From Eledone cirrhosa (Eukaryota): a DNA stretch of 64,000 nt. The notes under the pieces are model-generated. The model made no database searches. It saw only the letters and a list, made by a program, of their open reading frames with translations, and was not told the origin of the DNA. The translations under genes and the position numbers were made by a program. Every line of letters starts with the position of its first letter. Position 1 is the first letter of the stretch. The stretch is from contig OZ024742.1 in assembly GCA_964016885.1 (NCBI GenBank), positions 372,372,001 to 372,436,000 of the forward strand, read 5' to 3'. Shown here one piece after another: positions 29,310 through 44,100 of this stretch.

Positions 29310-32300
29310 TTTCTATATAAACTGTAAATTTCATTCTATAAACTGTAAATCTCTTTCCATATAAACTGTAAATCTCATTCTATATAAACTGTAAATCTCT
29401 TTCTATATAAACTGTAAATCTCATTCTATATAAACTGTAAATCTCTTTCTATATGAACTGTAAATCTCATTCTATATAAATTGTAAATCTCATTCTATAA
29501 ACTGTGAATCTCATTCTATGTAAACTGTAAATCTCATTCTATAAACTGTAAATCTCTTTCTATATAAGCTGTAAATCTCATTCTATATAAACTGTAAATC
29601 TCATTCTATAAACTGTAAGTCTCATTCTATATAAACTGTAAATCTCATTCTATAAACTGTAAATCTCTTTCTATATAAACTGTAAATCTCATTCTATATA
29701 ATCTGTAAATCTCATTCTATAAACTGTAAATCTCATTCTATATAAACTGTAAATCTCTTTCTATATAAACTGTAAATCTCATTCTATATAAACTGTAAAT
29801 CTCATTCTATAAACTGTAAATCTCTTTCTATATAAACTGTAAATCTCATTCTATATAAGCTGTAAATCTCATACTATAAACTGTAAATCTCCTTCTATAT
29901 AAACTGTAAATCTCATTCTATATAAACTGTAAATCTCATTCTATATAAACTTTAAATCTCATTCTATATAAACTGTAAATCTCTTTCTATATAAACTGTA
30001 AATCTCATTCTATATAAACTGTGAATCTCATTCTATATAAACTGCAATTCTCATTCTATATTAACTGTAAATCTCATTCTATAAACTGTAAATCTCTTTC
30101 TATATAAGCTGTAAATCTCATTCTATATAAACTGTAAATCTCATTCTATAAACTGTAAATCTCATTCTATATAAACTGTAAATCTCATTCTATAAACTGT
30201 AAATCTCTTTCTATATAAACTGTAAATCTCATTCTATATAATCTGTAAATCTCATTCTATAAACTGTAAATCTCATACTATATAAACTGTAAATCTCTTT
30301 CTATATAAACTGTAAATCTCATTCTATATAAACTGTAAATCTCATTCTATAAACTGTAAATCTCTTTCTATATAAACTGTAAATTTCATTCTATAAACTG
30401 TAAATCTCTTTCCATATAAACTGTAAATCTCATTCTATATAAACTGTAAATCTCTTTCTATATAAACTGTAAATCTCATTCTATATAAACTGTAAATCTC
30501 TTTCTATATGAACTGTAAATCTCATTCTATATAAATTGTAAATCTCATTCTATAAACTGTGAATCTCATTCTATGTAAACTGTAAATCTCATTCTATAAA
30601 CTGTAAATCTCTTTCTATATAAGCTGTAAATCTCATTCTATATAAACTGTAAATCTCATTCTATAAACTGTAAGTCTCATTCTATATAAACTGTAAATCT
30701 CATTCTATAAACTGTAAATCTCTTTCTATATAAACTGTAAATCTCATTCTATATAATCTGTAAATCTCATTCTATAAACTGTAAATCTCATTCTATATAA
30801 ACTGTAAATCTCTTTCTATATAAACTGTAAATCTCATTCTATATAAACTGTAAATCTCATTCTATAAACTGTAAATCTCTTTCTATATAAACTGTAAATC
30901 TCATTCTATATAAGCTGTAAATCTCATACTATAAACTGTAAATCTCCTTCTATATAAACTGTAAATCTCATTCTATATAAACTGTAAATCTCATTCTATA
31001 TAAACTTTAAATCTCATTCTATATAAACTGTAAATCTCTTTCTTTATAAACTGTAAATCTCATTCTATATAAACTGTGAATCTCATTCTATATAAACTGC
31101 AATTCTCATTCTATATTAACTGTAAATCTCATTCTATAAACTGTAAATCTCTTTCTATATAAGCTGTAAATCTCATTCTATATAAACTGTAAATCTCATT
31201 CTATAAACTGTAAATCTCATTCTATATAAACTGTAAATCTCATTCTATAAACTGTAAATCTCTTTCTATATAAACTGTAAATCTCATTCTATATAATCTG
31301 TAAATCTCATTCTATAAACTGTAAATCTCATACTATATAAACTGTAAATCTCTTTCTATATAAACTGTAAATCTCATTCTATATAAACTGTAAATCTCAT
31401 TCTATAAACTGTAAATCTCTTTCTATATAAACTGTAAATTTCATTCTATAAACTGTAAATCTCTTTCCATATAAACTGTAAATCTCATTCTATATAAACT
31501 GTAAATCTCTTTCTATATAAACTGTAAATCTCATTCTATATAAACTGTAAATCTCTTTCTATATGAACTGTAAATCTCATTCTATATAAATTGTAAATCT
31601 CATTCTATAAACTGTGAATCTCATTCTATGTAAACTGTAAATCTCATTCTATAAACTGTAAATCTCTTTCTATATAAGCTGTAAATCTCATTCTATATAA
31701 ACTGTAAATCTCATTCTATAAACTGTAAGTCTCATTCTATATAAACTGTAAATCTCATTCTATAAACTGTAAATCTCTTTCTATATAAACTGTAAATCTC
31801 ATTCTATATAATCTGTAAATCTCATTCTATAAACTGTAAATCTCATTCTATATAAACTGTAAATCTCTTTCTATATAAACTGTAAATCTCATTCTATATA
31901 AACTGTAAATCCCATTCTATAAACTGTAAATCTCTTTCTATATAAACTGTAAATCTCATTCTATATAAGCTGTAAATCTCATACTATAAACTGTAAATCT
32001 CCTTCTATATAAACTGTAAATCTCATTCTATATAAACTGTAAATCTCATTCTATATAAACTTTAAATCTCATTCTATATAAACTGTAAATCTCTTTCTAT
32101 ATAAACTGTAAATCTCATTCTATATAAACTGTGAATCTCATTCTATATAAACTGCAATTCTCATTCTATATTAACTGTAAATCTCATTCTATAAACTGTA
32201 AATCTCTTTCTATATAAGCTGTAAATCTCATTCTATATAAACTGTAAATCTCATTCTATAAACTGTAAATCTCATTCTATATAAACTGTAAATCTCATTC

Positions 32301-32480
32301 TATAAACTGTAAATCTCTTTCTATATAAACTGTAAATCTCATTCTATATAATCTGTAAATCTCATTCTATAAACTGTAAATCTCATACTATATAAACTGT
32401 AAATCTCTTTCTATATAAACTGTAAATCTCATTCTATATAAACTGTAAATCTCATTCTATAAACTGTAAATCTCTTTCTA
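29310..32480. repeat. Three tandem copies of a 1055-bp higher-order unit
   Basis: ctatgtaaac (G at 29520, 30575, 31630) and actgcaattc (G at 30044, 31099, 32154) are each spaced exactly 1055 apart. Confidence 0.9.
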
Positions 32481-35400
32481 TATAAACTGTAAATCTCATT
32501 CTATATAAGCTGTAAATCTCATACTATAAACTGTAAATCTCTTTCTATATAAACTGTAAATCTCATTCTATATAAACTGTATATATCATTCTATAAACTG
32601 TAACTCTCAGTCTATAAACTGTAAATCTCGTTCTATATAAACTGTAAATCTCTTTCTATATGAACTGTAAATCTCTTTCTATATAAACTCTGAATCTCAT
32701 TCTATATAAGCTGTAAATCTCATTCTATGAACTGTAAATCTCTTTCTATATAAACTGTAAATCTCATTCTATATAAACTGTAAATCTCATTCTATAAACT
32801 GTAAATCTCTTTCTATATAAACTGTAAATCTCATTCTATATAAACTGTAAATCTCTTTCTATATAAACTGTAAATTTCATTCTATAAACTGTAAATCTCT
32901 TTCCATATAAACTGTAAATCTCATTCTATATAAACTGTAAATCTCTTTCTATATAAACTGTAAATCTCATTCTATATAAACTGTGAATCTCATTCTATAA
33001 ACTGTAAATCTCTTTCTATATAAACTGTAAATCTCGTTCTATATAATCTGTAAATCTCATTCTATAAACTGTAAATCTCTTTCTATATAAACTGTAAATC
33101 TCATTCTATATAAACTGTAAATCTCTTTCTATATAAACTGTAAATTTCATTCTATAAACTGTAAATCTCTTTCTATATAAACTGTAAATCTCATTCTATA
33201 TAAACTGTAAATCTCTTTCTATATAAACTGTAAATCTCGTTCTATATAAGCTGTAAATCTCATTCTATAAACTGTAAATCTCATTCTATATAAACTGTAA
33301 ATCTCATTCTATAAACTGTAAATCTCTTTCTCTATAAACTGTAAATCTCATTCTATATAATCTGTAAATCTCATTCTATAAACTGTACATCTCATTCTAT
33401 ATAAACTGTAAATCTCTTTCTATATAAACTGTAAATCTCATTCTATATAAACTGTTAATCTCATTCTATAAACTGTAAATCTCTTTCTATATAAACTGTA
33501 AATCTCATTCTACATAAGCTGTAAATCTCTTTCTATAAACTGTAAATCTCTTTCTATATAAACTGTAAATCTCATTCTATTTAAACTGTATATATCATTC
33601 TATAAACTGTAACTCTCTGTCTATAAACTGTAACTCTCGTTCTATATAAACTGTAAATCTCTTTCCATATGAACTGTAAATCTCTTTCTATATAAACTCT
33701 GAATCTCATTCTATATAAGCGGTAAATCTCATTCTATGAACTGTAAATCTCTTTCTATATAAACTGTAAATCTCATTCTATATAAACTGTGAATCTCTTT
33801 CTATATAAACTGTAAATCTCATTCTATATAAACTGTAAATCTCTTTCTATATAAACTGTGAATCTCATTCTATATAAACTGTGAATCTCATTCTATAAAC
33901 TGTAAATCTCTTTCTATATAAACTGTAAATATCATTCTATATACACTGTAAATCTCTTTCTATATAAACTGTAAATCTCATTCTATATAAACTGTAAATC
34001 TCATTTTATAAACTGTAAATCTCTTTCTATATAAACTGTAAATCTCGTTCTATATAAGCTGTAAATCTCATTCTATAAACTGTAAATCTCTTTCTATATA
34101 AACTGTAAATCTCATTCTATATAAACTGTATATATCATTCTATAAACTGTAAATCTCATTCTATAAACTGTAAATCTCTTTCTATATAAACTGTAAATCT
34201 CATTCTATATAAACTGTAAATCTCTTTCTATATGAACTGTAAATCTCATTATATATAAATTGTAAATCTCATTCTATAAACTGTGAATCTCATTCTATAT
34301 AAACTGTAAATCTCATTCTATATACACTGTAAATCTCTTTCTATATAAACTGTAAATCTCATTCTATATAAACTGTAAATCTCATTCTATAAACTGTAAA
34401 TCTCTTTCCATATAAACTGTAAATCTCATTCTATATAAGCTGTAAATCTCATTCTATAAACTGTACATCTCTTTCTATATAAACTGTAAATCTCATTCTA
34501 TATAAACTGTATATATCATTCTATAAACTGTAAATCTCATTCTATAAACTGTAAATCTCTTTCTATATGAACTGTAAATCTCATTCTATATAAACTGTAA
34601 ATCTTATTCTATATTAACTGTAAATCTGATTCTATAAACTGTAAATCTCTTTCTATATAAACTGTAAATCTCATTCTATATAAACTGTAAATCTCTTTCT
34701 ATATAAACTGTAAATCTCATTCTATATAAATTGTAAATCTCATTCTATAAACTGTGAATCGCATTCTATATAAACTGTAAATCTCATTCTATAAACTGTA
34801 AATCTCATTCTATGAGCTGTAAATCTCTTTCTATCTAAACTGTAAATCTCATTCTATATAAACTGTAAATCTCATTCTATAAACTGTAAATCTCTTTCTG
34901 TATAAACTGTAAATCTCATTCTATATAAACTATAAATCTCTTTCTATATAAACTGTAAATCTCATTCTATAAACTGTAAATCTCTTTCTATATAAACTGT
35001 ACATCTCATTCTATATAAACTGTAAATCTCTTTCTATATAAACTGTAAATCTCATTCTATATAAACTGTTAATCTCATTCTATAAACTGTAAATCTCTTT
35101 CTATATAAACTGTAAATCTCATTCTATATAAGCTGTAAATCTCTTTCTATAAACTGTAAATCTCTTTCTATATAAACTGTAAATCTCATTCTATTTAAAC
35201 TGTATATATCATTCTATAAACTGTAACTCTCTGTCTATAAACTGTAAATCTCGTTCTATATAAACTGTAAATCTCTTTCCATATGAACTGTAAATCTCTT
35301 TCTATATAAACTCTGAATCTCATTCTATATAAGCGGTAAATCTCATTCTATGAACTGTAAATCTCTTTCTATATAAACTGTAAATCTCGTTCTATATAAA

Positions 35401-37299
35401 CTGTGAATCTCTTTCTATATAAACTGTAAATCTCATTCTATATAAACTGTAAATCTCTTTCTATATAAACTGTAAATCTCATTCTATATAAACTGTGAAT
35501 CTCATTCTATAAACTGTAAATCTCTTTCTATATAAACTGTAAATATCATTCTATATACACTGTAAATCTCTTTCTATATAAACTGTAAATCTCATTCTAT
35601 ATAAACTGTAAATCTCATTCTATAAACTGTAAATTTCTTTCTATATAAACTGTAAATCTCGTTCTATATAAGCTGTAAATCTCATTCTATAAACTGTAAA
35701 TCTCTTTCTATATAAACTGTAAATCTCATTCTATATAAACTGTATATATCATTCTATAAACTGTAAATCTCATTCTATAAACTGTAAATCTCTTTCTATA
35801 TAAACTGTAAATCTCATTCTATATAAACTATAAATCTCTTTCTATATAAACTGTAAATTTCATTCTATAAACTGTAAATCTCTTTCTGTATAAACTGTAA
35901 ATCTGATTCTATATAAACTGTAAATCTCTTTCTATATAAACTGTAAATCTCATTCTATATACACTGTAAATCTCATTCTATAAACTGTAAATCTTTTTTA
36001 TATAAACTGTAAATCTCGTTCTATATAATCTGTAAATCTCATTCTATAAACTGTAAATCTCTTTCTATATAAACTGTAAATCTCATTCTATATAAACTGT
36101 AAATCTCTTTCTATATAAACTGTAAATTTCATTCTATAAACTGTAAATCTCTTTCTATATAAACTGTAAATCTCATTCTATATAAACTGTAAATCTCTTT
36201 CTATATAAACTGTAAATCTCGTTCTATATAAGCTGTAAATCTCATTCTATAAACTGTAAATCTCATTCTATATAAACTGTAAATCTCATTCTATAAACTG
36301 TAAATCTCTTTCTATATAAACTGTAAATTTCATTCTATATAATCTGTAAATCTCATTCTATAAACTGTACATCTCATTCTATATAAACTGTAAATCTCTT
36401 TCTATATAAACTGTAAATCTCATTCTATATAAACTGTTAATCTCATTCTATAAACTGTAAATCTCTTTCTATATAAACTGTAAATCTCATTCTATATAAG
36501 CTGTAAATCTCTTTCTATAAACTGTAAATCTCTTTCTATATAAACTGTAAATCTCATTCTATTTAAACTGTATATATCATTCTATAAACTGTAACTCTCT
36601 GTCTATAAACTGTAAATCTCGTTCTATATAAACTGTAAATCTCTTTCCATATGAACTGTAAATCTCTTTCTATATAAACTCTGAATCTCATTCTGTATAA
36701 GCTGTAAATCTCATTCTATGAACTGTAAATCTCTTTCTATATAAACTGTAAATCTCATTCTATATAAACTGTGAATCTCTTTCTATATAAACTGTAAATC
36801 TCATTCTATATAAACTGTAAATCTCTTTCTATATAAACTGTAAATCTCATTCTATATAAACTGTGAATCTCATTCTATAAACTGTAAATCTCTTTCTATA
36901 TAAACTGTAAATATCATTCTATATACACTGTAAATCTCTTTCTATATAAACTGTAAATCTCATTCTATATAAACTGTAAATCTCATTCTATAAACTGTAA
37001 ATCTCTTTCTATATAAACTGTAAATCTCGTTCTATATAAGCTGTAAATCTCATTCTATAAACTGTAAATCTCTTTCTATATAAACTGTAAATCTCATTCT
37101 ATATAAACTGTATATATCATTCTATAAACTGTAAATCTCATTCTATAAACTGTAAATCTCTTTCTATATAAACTGTAAATCTCATTCTATATAAACTGTA
37201 AATCTCTTTCTATATGAACTGTAAATCTCATTATATATAAAGTGTAAATCTCATTCTATAAACTGTGAATCTCATTCTATATAAACTGTAAATCTCATT

Positions 37300-40200
37300 C
37301 TATATACACTGTAAATCTCTTTCTATATAAACTGTAAATCTCATTCTATATAAACTGTAAATCTCATTCTATAAACTGTAAATCTCTTTCCATATAAACT
37401 GTAAATCTCATTCTATATAAGCTGTAAATCTCATTCTATAAACTGTACATCTCTTTCTATATAAACTGTAAATCTCATTCTATATAAACTGTATATATCA
37501 TTCTATAAACTGTAAATCTCATTCTATAAACTGTAAATCTCTTTCTATATAAACTGTAAATCTCATTCTATATAAACTGTAAATCTTATTCTATATTAAC
37601 TGTAAATCTGATTCTATAAACTGTAAATCTCTTTCTATATAAACTGTAAATCTCATTCTATATAAACTGTAAATCTCTTTCTATATAAACTGTAAATCTA
37701 ATTCTATATAAACTGTAAATCTCATTCTATAAACTGTAAATCTCTTTCTATATAAACTCTTAATCTCATTCTATATAAACTGTAAATCTCATTCTATAAA
37801 CTGTAAATCTCATTCTATATTAACTGTAAATCTCTTTCTATATAACCTGTAAATCTCTTTCTATATAACCTGTAAATCTCTTTCTATATAAACTGTAAAT
37901 CTCATTCTATGAGCTGTAAATCTCTTTCTATCTAAACTGTAAATCTCATTCTATATAAACTGTAAATCTCATTCTATAAACTGTAAATCTCTTTCTGTAT
38001 AAACTGTAAATCTCATTCTATATAAACTATAAATCTCTTTCTATATAAACTGTAAATCTCATTCTATAAACTGTAAATCTGTTTCTATATAAACTGTAAA
38101 TCTCATTCTATATAATCTGTAAATCTCATTCTATAAACTGTACATCTCATTCTATATAAACTGTAAATCTCTTTCCATATAAACTGTAAATCTCATTCTA
38201 TATAAACTGTTAATCTCATTCTATAAACTGTAAATCTCTTTCTATATAAACTGTAAATCTCATTCTATATAAGCTGTAAATCTCTTTCTATAAACTGTAA
38301 ATCTCTTTCTATATAAACTGTAAATCTCATTCTATTTAAACTGTATATATCATTCTATAAACTGTAACTCTCTGTCTATAAACTGTAAATCTCGTTCTAT
38401 ATAAACTGTAAATCTCTTTCCATATGAACTGTAAATCTCTTTCTATATAAACTCTGAATCTCATTCTATATAAGCGGTAAATCTCATTCTATGAACTGTA
38501 AATCTCTTTCTATATAAACTGTAAATATCATTCTATATACACTGTAAATCTCTTTCTATATAAACTGTAAATCTCATTCTATATAAACTGTAAATCTCAT
38601 TCTATAAACTGTAAATCTCTTTCTATATAAACTGTAAATCTCGTTCTATATAAGCTGTAAATCTCATTCTATAAACTGTAAATCTCTTTCTATATAAACT
38701 GTAAATCTCATTCTATATAAACTGTATATATCATTCTATAAACTGTAAATCTCATTCTATAAACTGTAAATCTCTTTCTATATAAACTGTAAATCTCATT
38801 CTATATAAACTGTAAATCTCTTTCTATATGAACTGTAAATCTCATTATATATAAATTGTAAATCTCATTCTATAAACTGAATCTCATTCTATATAAACTG
38901 TAAATCTCATTCTATATACACTGTAAATCTCTTTCTATATAAACTGTAAATCTCATTCTATATAAACTGTAAATCTCATTCTTTAAACTGTAAATCTCTT
39001 TCCATATAAACTGTAAATCTCATTCTATATAAGCTGTAAATCTCATTCTATAAACTGTACATCTCTTTCTATATAAACTGTAAATCTCATTCTATATAAA
39101 CTGTATATATCATTCTATAAACTGTAAATCTCATTCTATAAACTGTAAATCTCTTTCTATATAAACTGTAAATCTCATTCTATATAAACTGTAAATCTTA
39201 TTCTATATTAACTGTAAATCCGATTCTATAAACTGTAAATCTCATTCTATATACACTGTAAATCTCTTTCTATATAAACTGTAAATCTCATTCTATATAA
39301 ACTGTAAATCTCATTCTATAAACTGTAAATCTCTTTCCATATAAACTGTAAATCTCATTCTATATAAGCTGTAAATCTCATTCTATAAACTGTACATCTC
39401 TTTCTATATAAACTGTAAATCTCATTCTATATAAACTGTATATATCATTCTATAAACTGTAAATCTCATTCTATAAACTGTAAATCTCTTTCTATATAAA
39501 CTGTAAATCTCATTCTATATAAACTGTAAATCTTATTCTATATTAACTGTAAATCTGATTCTATAAACTGTAAATCTCTTTCTATATAAACTGTAAATCT
39601 CATTCTATATAAACTGTAAATCTCTTTCTATATAAACTGTAAATCTAATTCTATATAAACTGTAAATCTCATTCTATAAACTGTAAATCTCTTTCTATAT
39701 AAACTCTTAATCTCATTCTATATAAACTGTAAATCTCATTCTATAAACTGTAAATCTCATTCTATATTAACTGTAAATCTCTTTCTATATAACCTGTAAA
39801 TCTCTTTCTATATAACCTGTAAATCTCTTTCTATATAAACTGTAAATCTCATTCTATGAGCTGTAAATCTCTTTCTATCTAAACTGTAAATCTCATTCTA
39901 TATAAACTGTAAATCTCATTCTATAAACTGTAAATCTCTTTCTGTATAAACTGTAAATCTCATTCTATATAAATGATAAATCTCTTTCTATATAAACTGT
40001 AAATCTCATTCTATAAACTGTAAATCTCTTTCTATATAAACTGTAAATCTCATTCTATATAATCTGTAAATCTCATTCTATAAACTGTACATCTCATTCT
40101 ATATAAACTGTAAATCTCTTTCTATATAAACTGTAAATCTCATTCTATATAAACTGTTAATCTCATTCTATAAACTGTAAATCTCTTTCTATATAAACTG

Positions 40201-41180
40201 TAAATCTCATTCTATATAAGCTGTAAATCTCTTTCTATAAACTGTAAATCTCTTTCTATATAAACTGTAAATCTCATTCTATTTAAACTGTATATATCAT
40301 TCTATAAACTGTAACTCTCTGTCTATAAACTGTAAATCTCGTTCTATATAAACTGTAAATCTCTTTCCATATGAACTGTAAATCTCTTTCTATATAAACT
40401 CTGAATCTCATTCTATATAAGCGGTAAATCTCATTCTATGAACTGTAAATCTCTTTCTATATAAACTGTAAATATCATTCTATATACACTGTAAATCTCT
40501 TTCTATATAAACTGTAAATCTCATTCTATATAAACTGTAAATCTCATTCTATAAACTGTAAATCTCTTTCTATATAAACTGTAAATCTCGTTCTATATAA
40601 GCTGTAAATCTCATTCTATAAACTGTAAATCTCTTTCTATATAAACTGTAAATCTCATTCTATATAAACTGTATATATCATTCTATAAACTGTAAATCTC
40701 ATTCTATAAACTGTAAATCTCTTTCTATATAAACTGTAAATCTCATTCTATATAAACTGTAAATCTCTTTCTATATGAACTGTAAATCTCATTATATATA
40801 AATTGTAAATCTCATTCTATAAACTGTGAATCTCATTCTATATAAACTGTAAATCTCATTCTATATACACTGTAAATCTCTTTCTATATAAACTGTAAAT
40901 CTCATTCTATATAAACTGTAAATCTCATTCTATAAACTGTAAATCTCTTTCCATATAAACTGTAAATCTCATTCTATATAAGCTGTAAATCTCATTCTAT
41001 AAACTGTACATCTCTTTCTATATAAACTGTAAATCTCATTCTATATAAACTGTATATATCATTCTATAAACTGTAAATCTCATTCTATAAACTGTAAATC
41101 TCTTTCTATATAAACTGTAAATCTCATTCTATATAAACTGTAAATCTTATTCTATATTAACTGTAAATCTGATTCTATAA
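37300..41180. repeat. Near-tandem duplication, period 1947 bp
   Basis: tatgagctg 37911/39858 and gtaactctctgt 38364/40311 lie at offset 1947. The paired aacctg monomers and actcttaatc also recur. Confidence 0.75.
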
Positions 41181-44100
41181 ACTGTAAATCTCTTTCTATA
41201 TAAACTGTAAATCTCATTCTATATAAACTGTAAATCTCTTTCTATATAAACTGTAAATCTCATTCTATATAAATTGTAAATCTCATTCTATAAACTGTGA
41301 ATCGCATTCTATATAAACTGTAAATCTCATTCTATAAACTGTAAATCTCATTCTATGAGCTGTAAATCTCTTTCTATATAAACTGTAAATCTCATTCTAT
41401 ATAAACTGTAAATCTCATTCTATAAACTGTAAATCTCTTTCTGTATAAACTGTAAATCTCATTCTATATAAACTATAAATCTCTTTCTATATAAACTGTA
41501 AATTTCATTCTATAAACTGTAAATCTCTTTCTATATAAACTGTAAATCTCATTCTATATAAACTGTAAATCTCTTTCTATATAAACTGTAAATCTCATTC
41601 TATATAAACTGTAAATCTCATTCTATAAACTGTAAATCTCTTTTTATATAAACTGTAAATCTCGTTCTATATAATCTGTAAATCTCATTCTATAAACTGT
41701 AAATCTCTTTCTATATAAACTGTAAATCTCATTCTATATAAACTGTAAATCTCTTTCTATATAAACTGTAAATTTCATTCTATAAACTGTAAATCTCTTT
41801 CTATATAAACTGTAAAACTCATTCTATATAAACTGTAAATCTCCTTCTATATAAACTGTAAATCTCGTTCTATATAAGCTGTAAATCTCATTCTATAAAC
41901 TGTAAATCTCATTCTATATAAACTGTAAATCTCATTCTATAAACTGTAAATCTCTTTCTATATAAACTGTAAATCTCATTCTATATAATCTGTAAATCTC
42001 ATTCTATAAACTGTACATCTCATTCTATATAAACTGTAAATCTCTTTCTATATAAACTGTAAATCTCATTCTATATAAACTGTAAATCTCTTTCTATATG
42101 AACTGTAAATCTCATTATATATAAATTGTAAATCTCATTCTATAAACTGTGAATCTCATTCTATATAAACTGTAAATCTCATTCTATATACACTGTAAAT
42201 CTCTTTCTATATAAACTGTAAATCTCATTCTATATAAACTGTAAATCTCATTCTATAAACTGTAAATCTCTTTCCATATAAACTGTAAATCTCATTCTAT
42301 ATAAGCTGTAAATCTCATTCTATAAACTGTACATCTCTTTCTATATAAACTGTAAATCTCATTCTATATAAACTGTATATATCATTCTATAAACTGTAAA
42401 TCTCATTCTATAAACTGTAAATCTCTTTCTATATAAACTGTAAATCTCATTCTATATAAACTGTAAATCTTATTCTATATTAACTGTAAATCTGATTCTA
42501 TAAACTGTAAATCTCTTTCTATATAAACTGTAAATCTCATTCTATATAAACTGTAAATCTCTTTCTATATAAACTGTAAATCTCATTCTATATAAATTGT
42601 AAATCTCATTCTATAAACTGTGAATCGCATTCTATATAAACTGTAAATCTCATTCTATAAACTGTAAATCTCATTCTATGAGCTGTAAATCTCTTTCTAT
42701 ATAAACTGTAAATCTCATTCTATATAAACTGTAAATCTCATTCTATAAACTGTAAATCTCTTTCTGTATAAACTGTAAATCTCATTCTATATAAACTATA
42801 AATCTCTTTCTATATAAACTGTAAATTTCATTCTATAAACTGTAAATCTCTTTCTATATAAACTGTAAATCTCATTCTATATAAACTGTAAATCTCTTTC
42901 TATATAAACTGTAAATCTCATTCTATATAAACTGTAAATCTCATTCTATAAACTGTAAATCTCTTTTTATATAAACTGTAAATCTCGTTCTATATAATCT
43001 GTAAATCTCATTCTATAAACTGTAAATCTCTTTCTATATAAACTGTAAATCTCATTCTATATAAACTGTAAATCTCTTTCTATATAAACTGTAAATTTCA
43101 TTCTATAAACTGTAAATCTCTTTCTATATAAACTGTAAATCTCATTCTATATAAACTGTAAATCTCTTTCTATATGAACTGTAAATCTCATTATATATAA
43201 ATTGTAAATCTCATTCTATAAACTGTGAATCTCATTCTATATAAACTGTAAATCTCATTCTATATACACTGTAAATCTCTTTCTATATAAACTGTAAATC
43301 TCATTCTATATAAACTGTAAATCTCATTCTATAAACTGTAAATCTCTTTCCATATAAACTGTAAATCTCATTCTATATAAGCTGTAAATCTCATTCTATA
43401 AACTGTACATCTCTTTCTATATAAACTGTAAATCTCATTCTATATAAACTGTATATATCATTCTATAAACTGTAAATCTCATTCTATAAACTGTAAATCT
43501 CTTTCTATATAAACTGTAAATCTCATTCTATATAAACTGTAAATCTTATTCTATATTAACTGTAAATCCGATTCTATAAACTGTAAATCTCATTCTATAT
43601 ACACTGTAAATCTCTTTCTATATAAACTGTAAATCTCATTCTATATAAACTGTAAATCTCATTCTATAAACTGTAAATCTCTTTCCATATAAACTGTAAA
43701 TCTCATTCTATATAAGCTGTAAATCTCATTCTATAAACTGTACATCTCTTTCTATATAAACTGTAAATCTCATTCTATATAAACTGTATATATCATTCTA
43801 TAAACTGTAAATCTCATTCTATAAACTGTAAATCTCTTTCTATATAAACTGTAAATCTCATTCTATATAAACTGTAAATCTTATTCTATATTAACTGTAA
43901 ATCTGATTCTATAAACTGTAAATCTCTTTCTATATAAACTGTAAATCTCATTCTATATAAACTGTAAATCTCTTTCTATATAAACTGTAAATCTAATTCT
44001 ATATAAACTGTAAATCTCATTCTATAAACTGTAAATCTCTTTCTATATAAACTCTTAATCTCATTCTATATAAACTGTAAATCTCATTCTATAAACTGTA

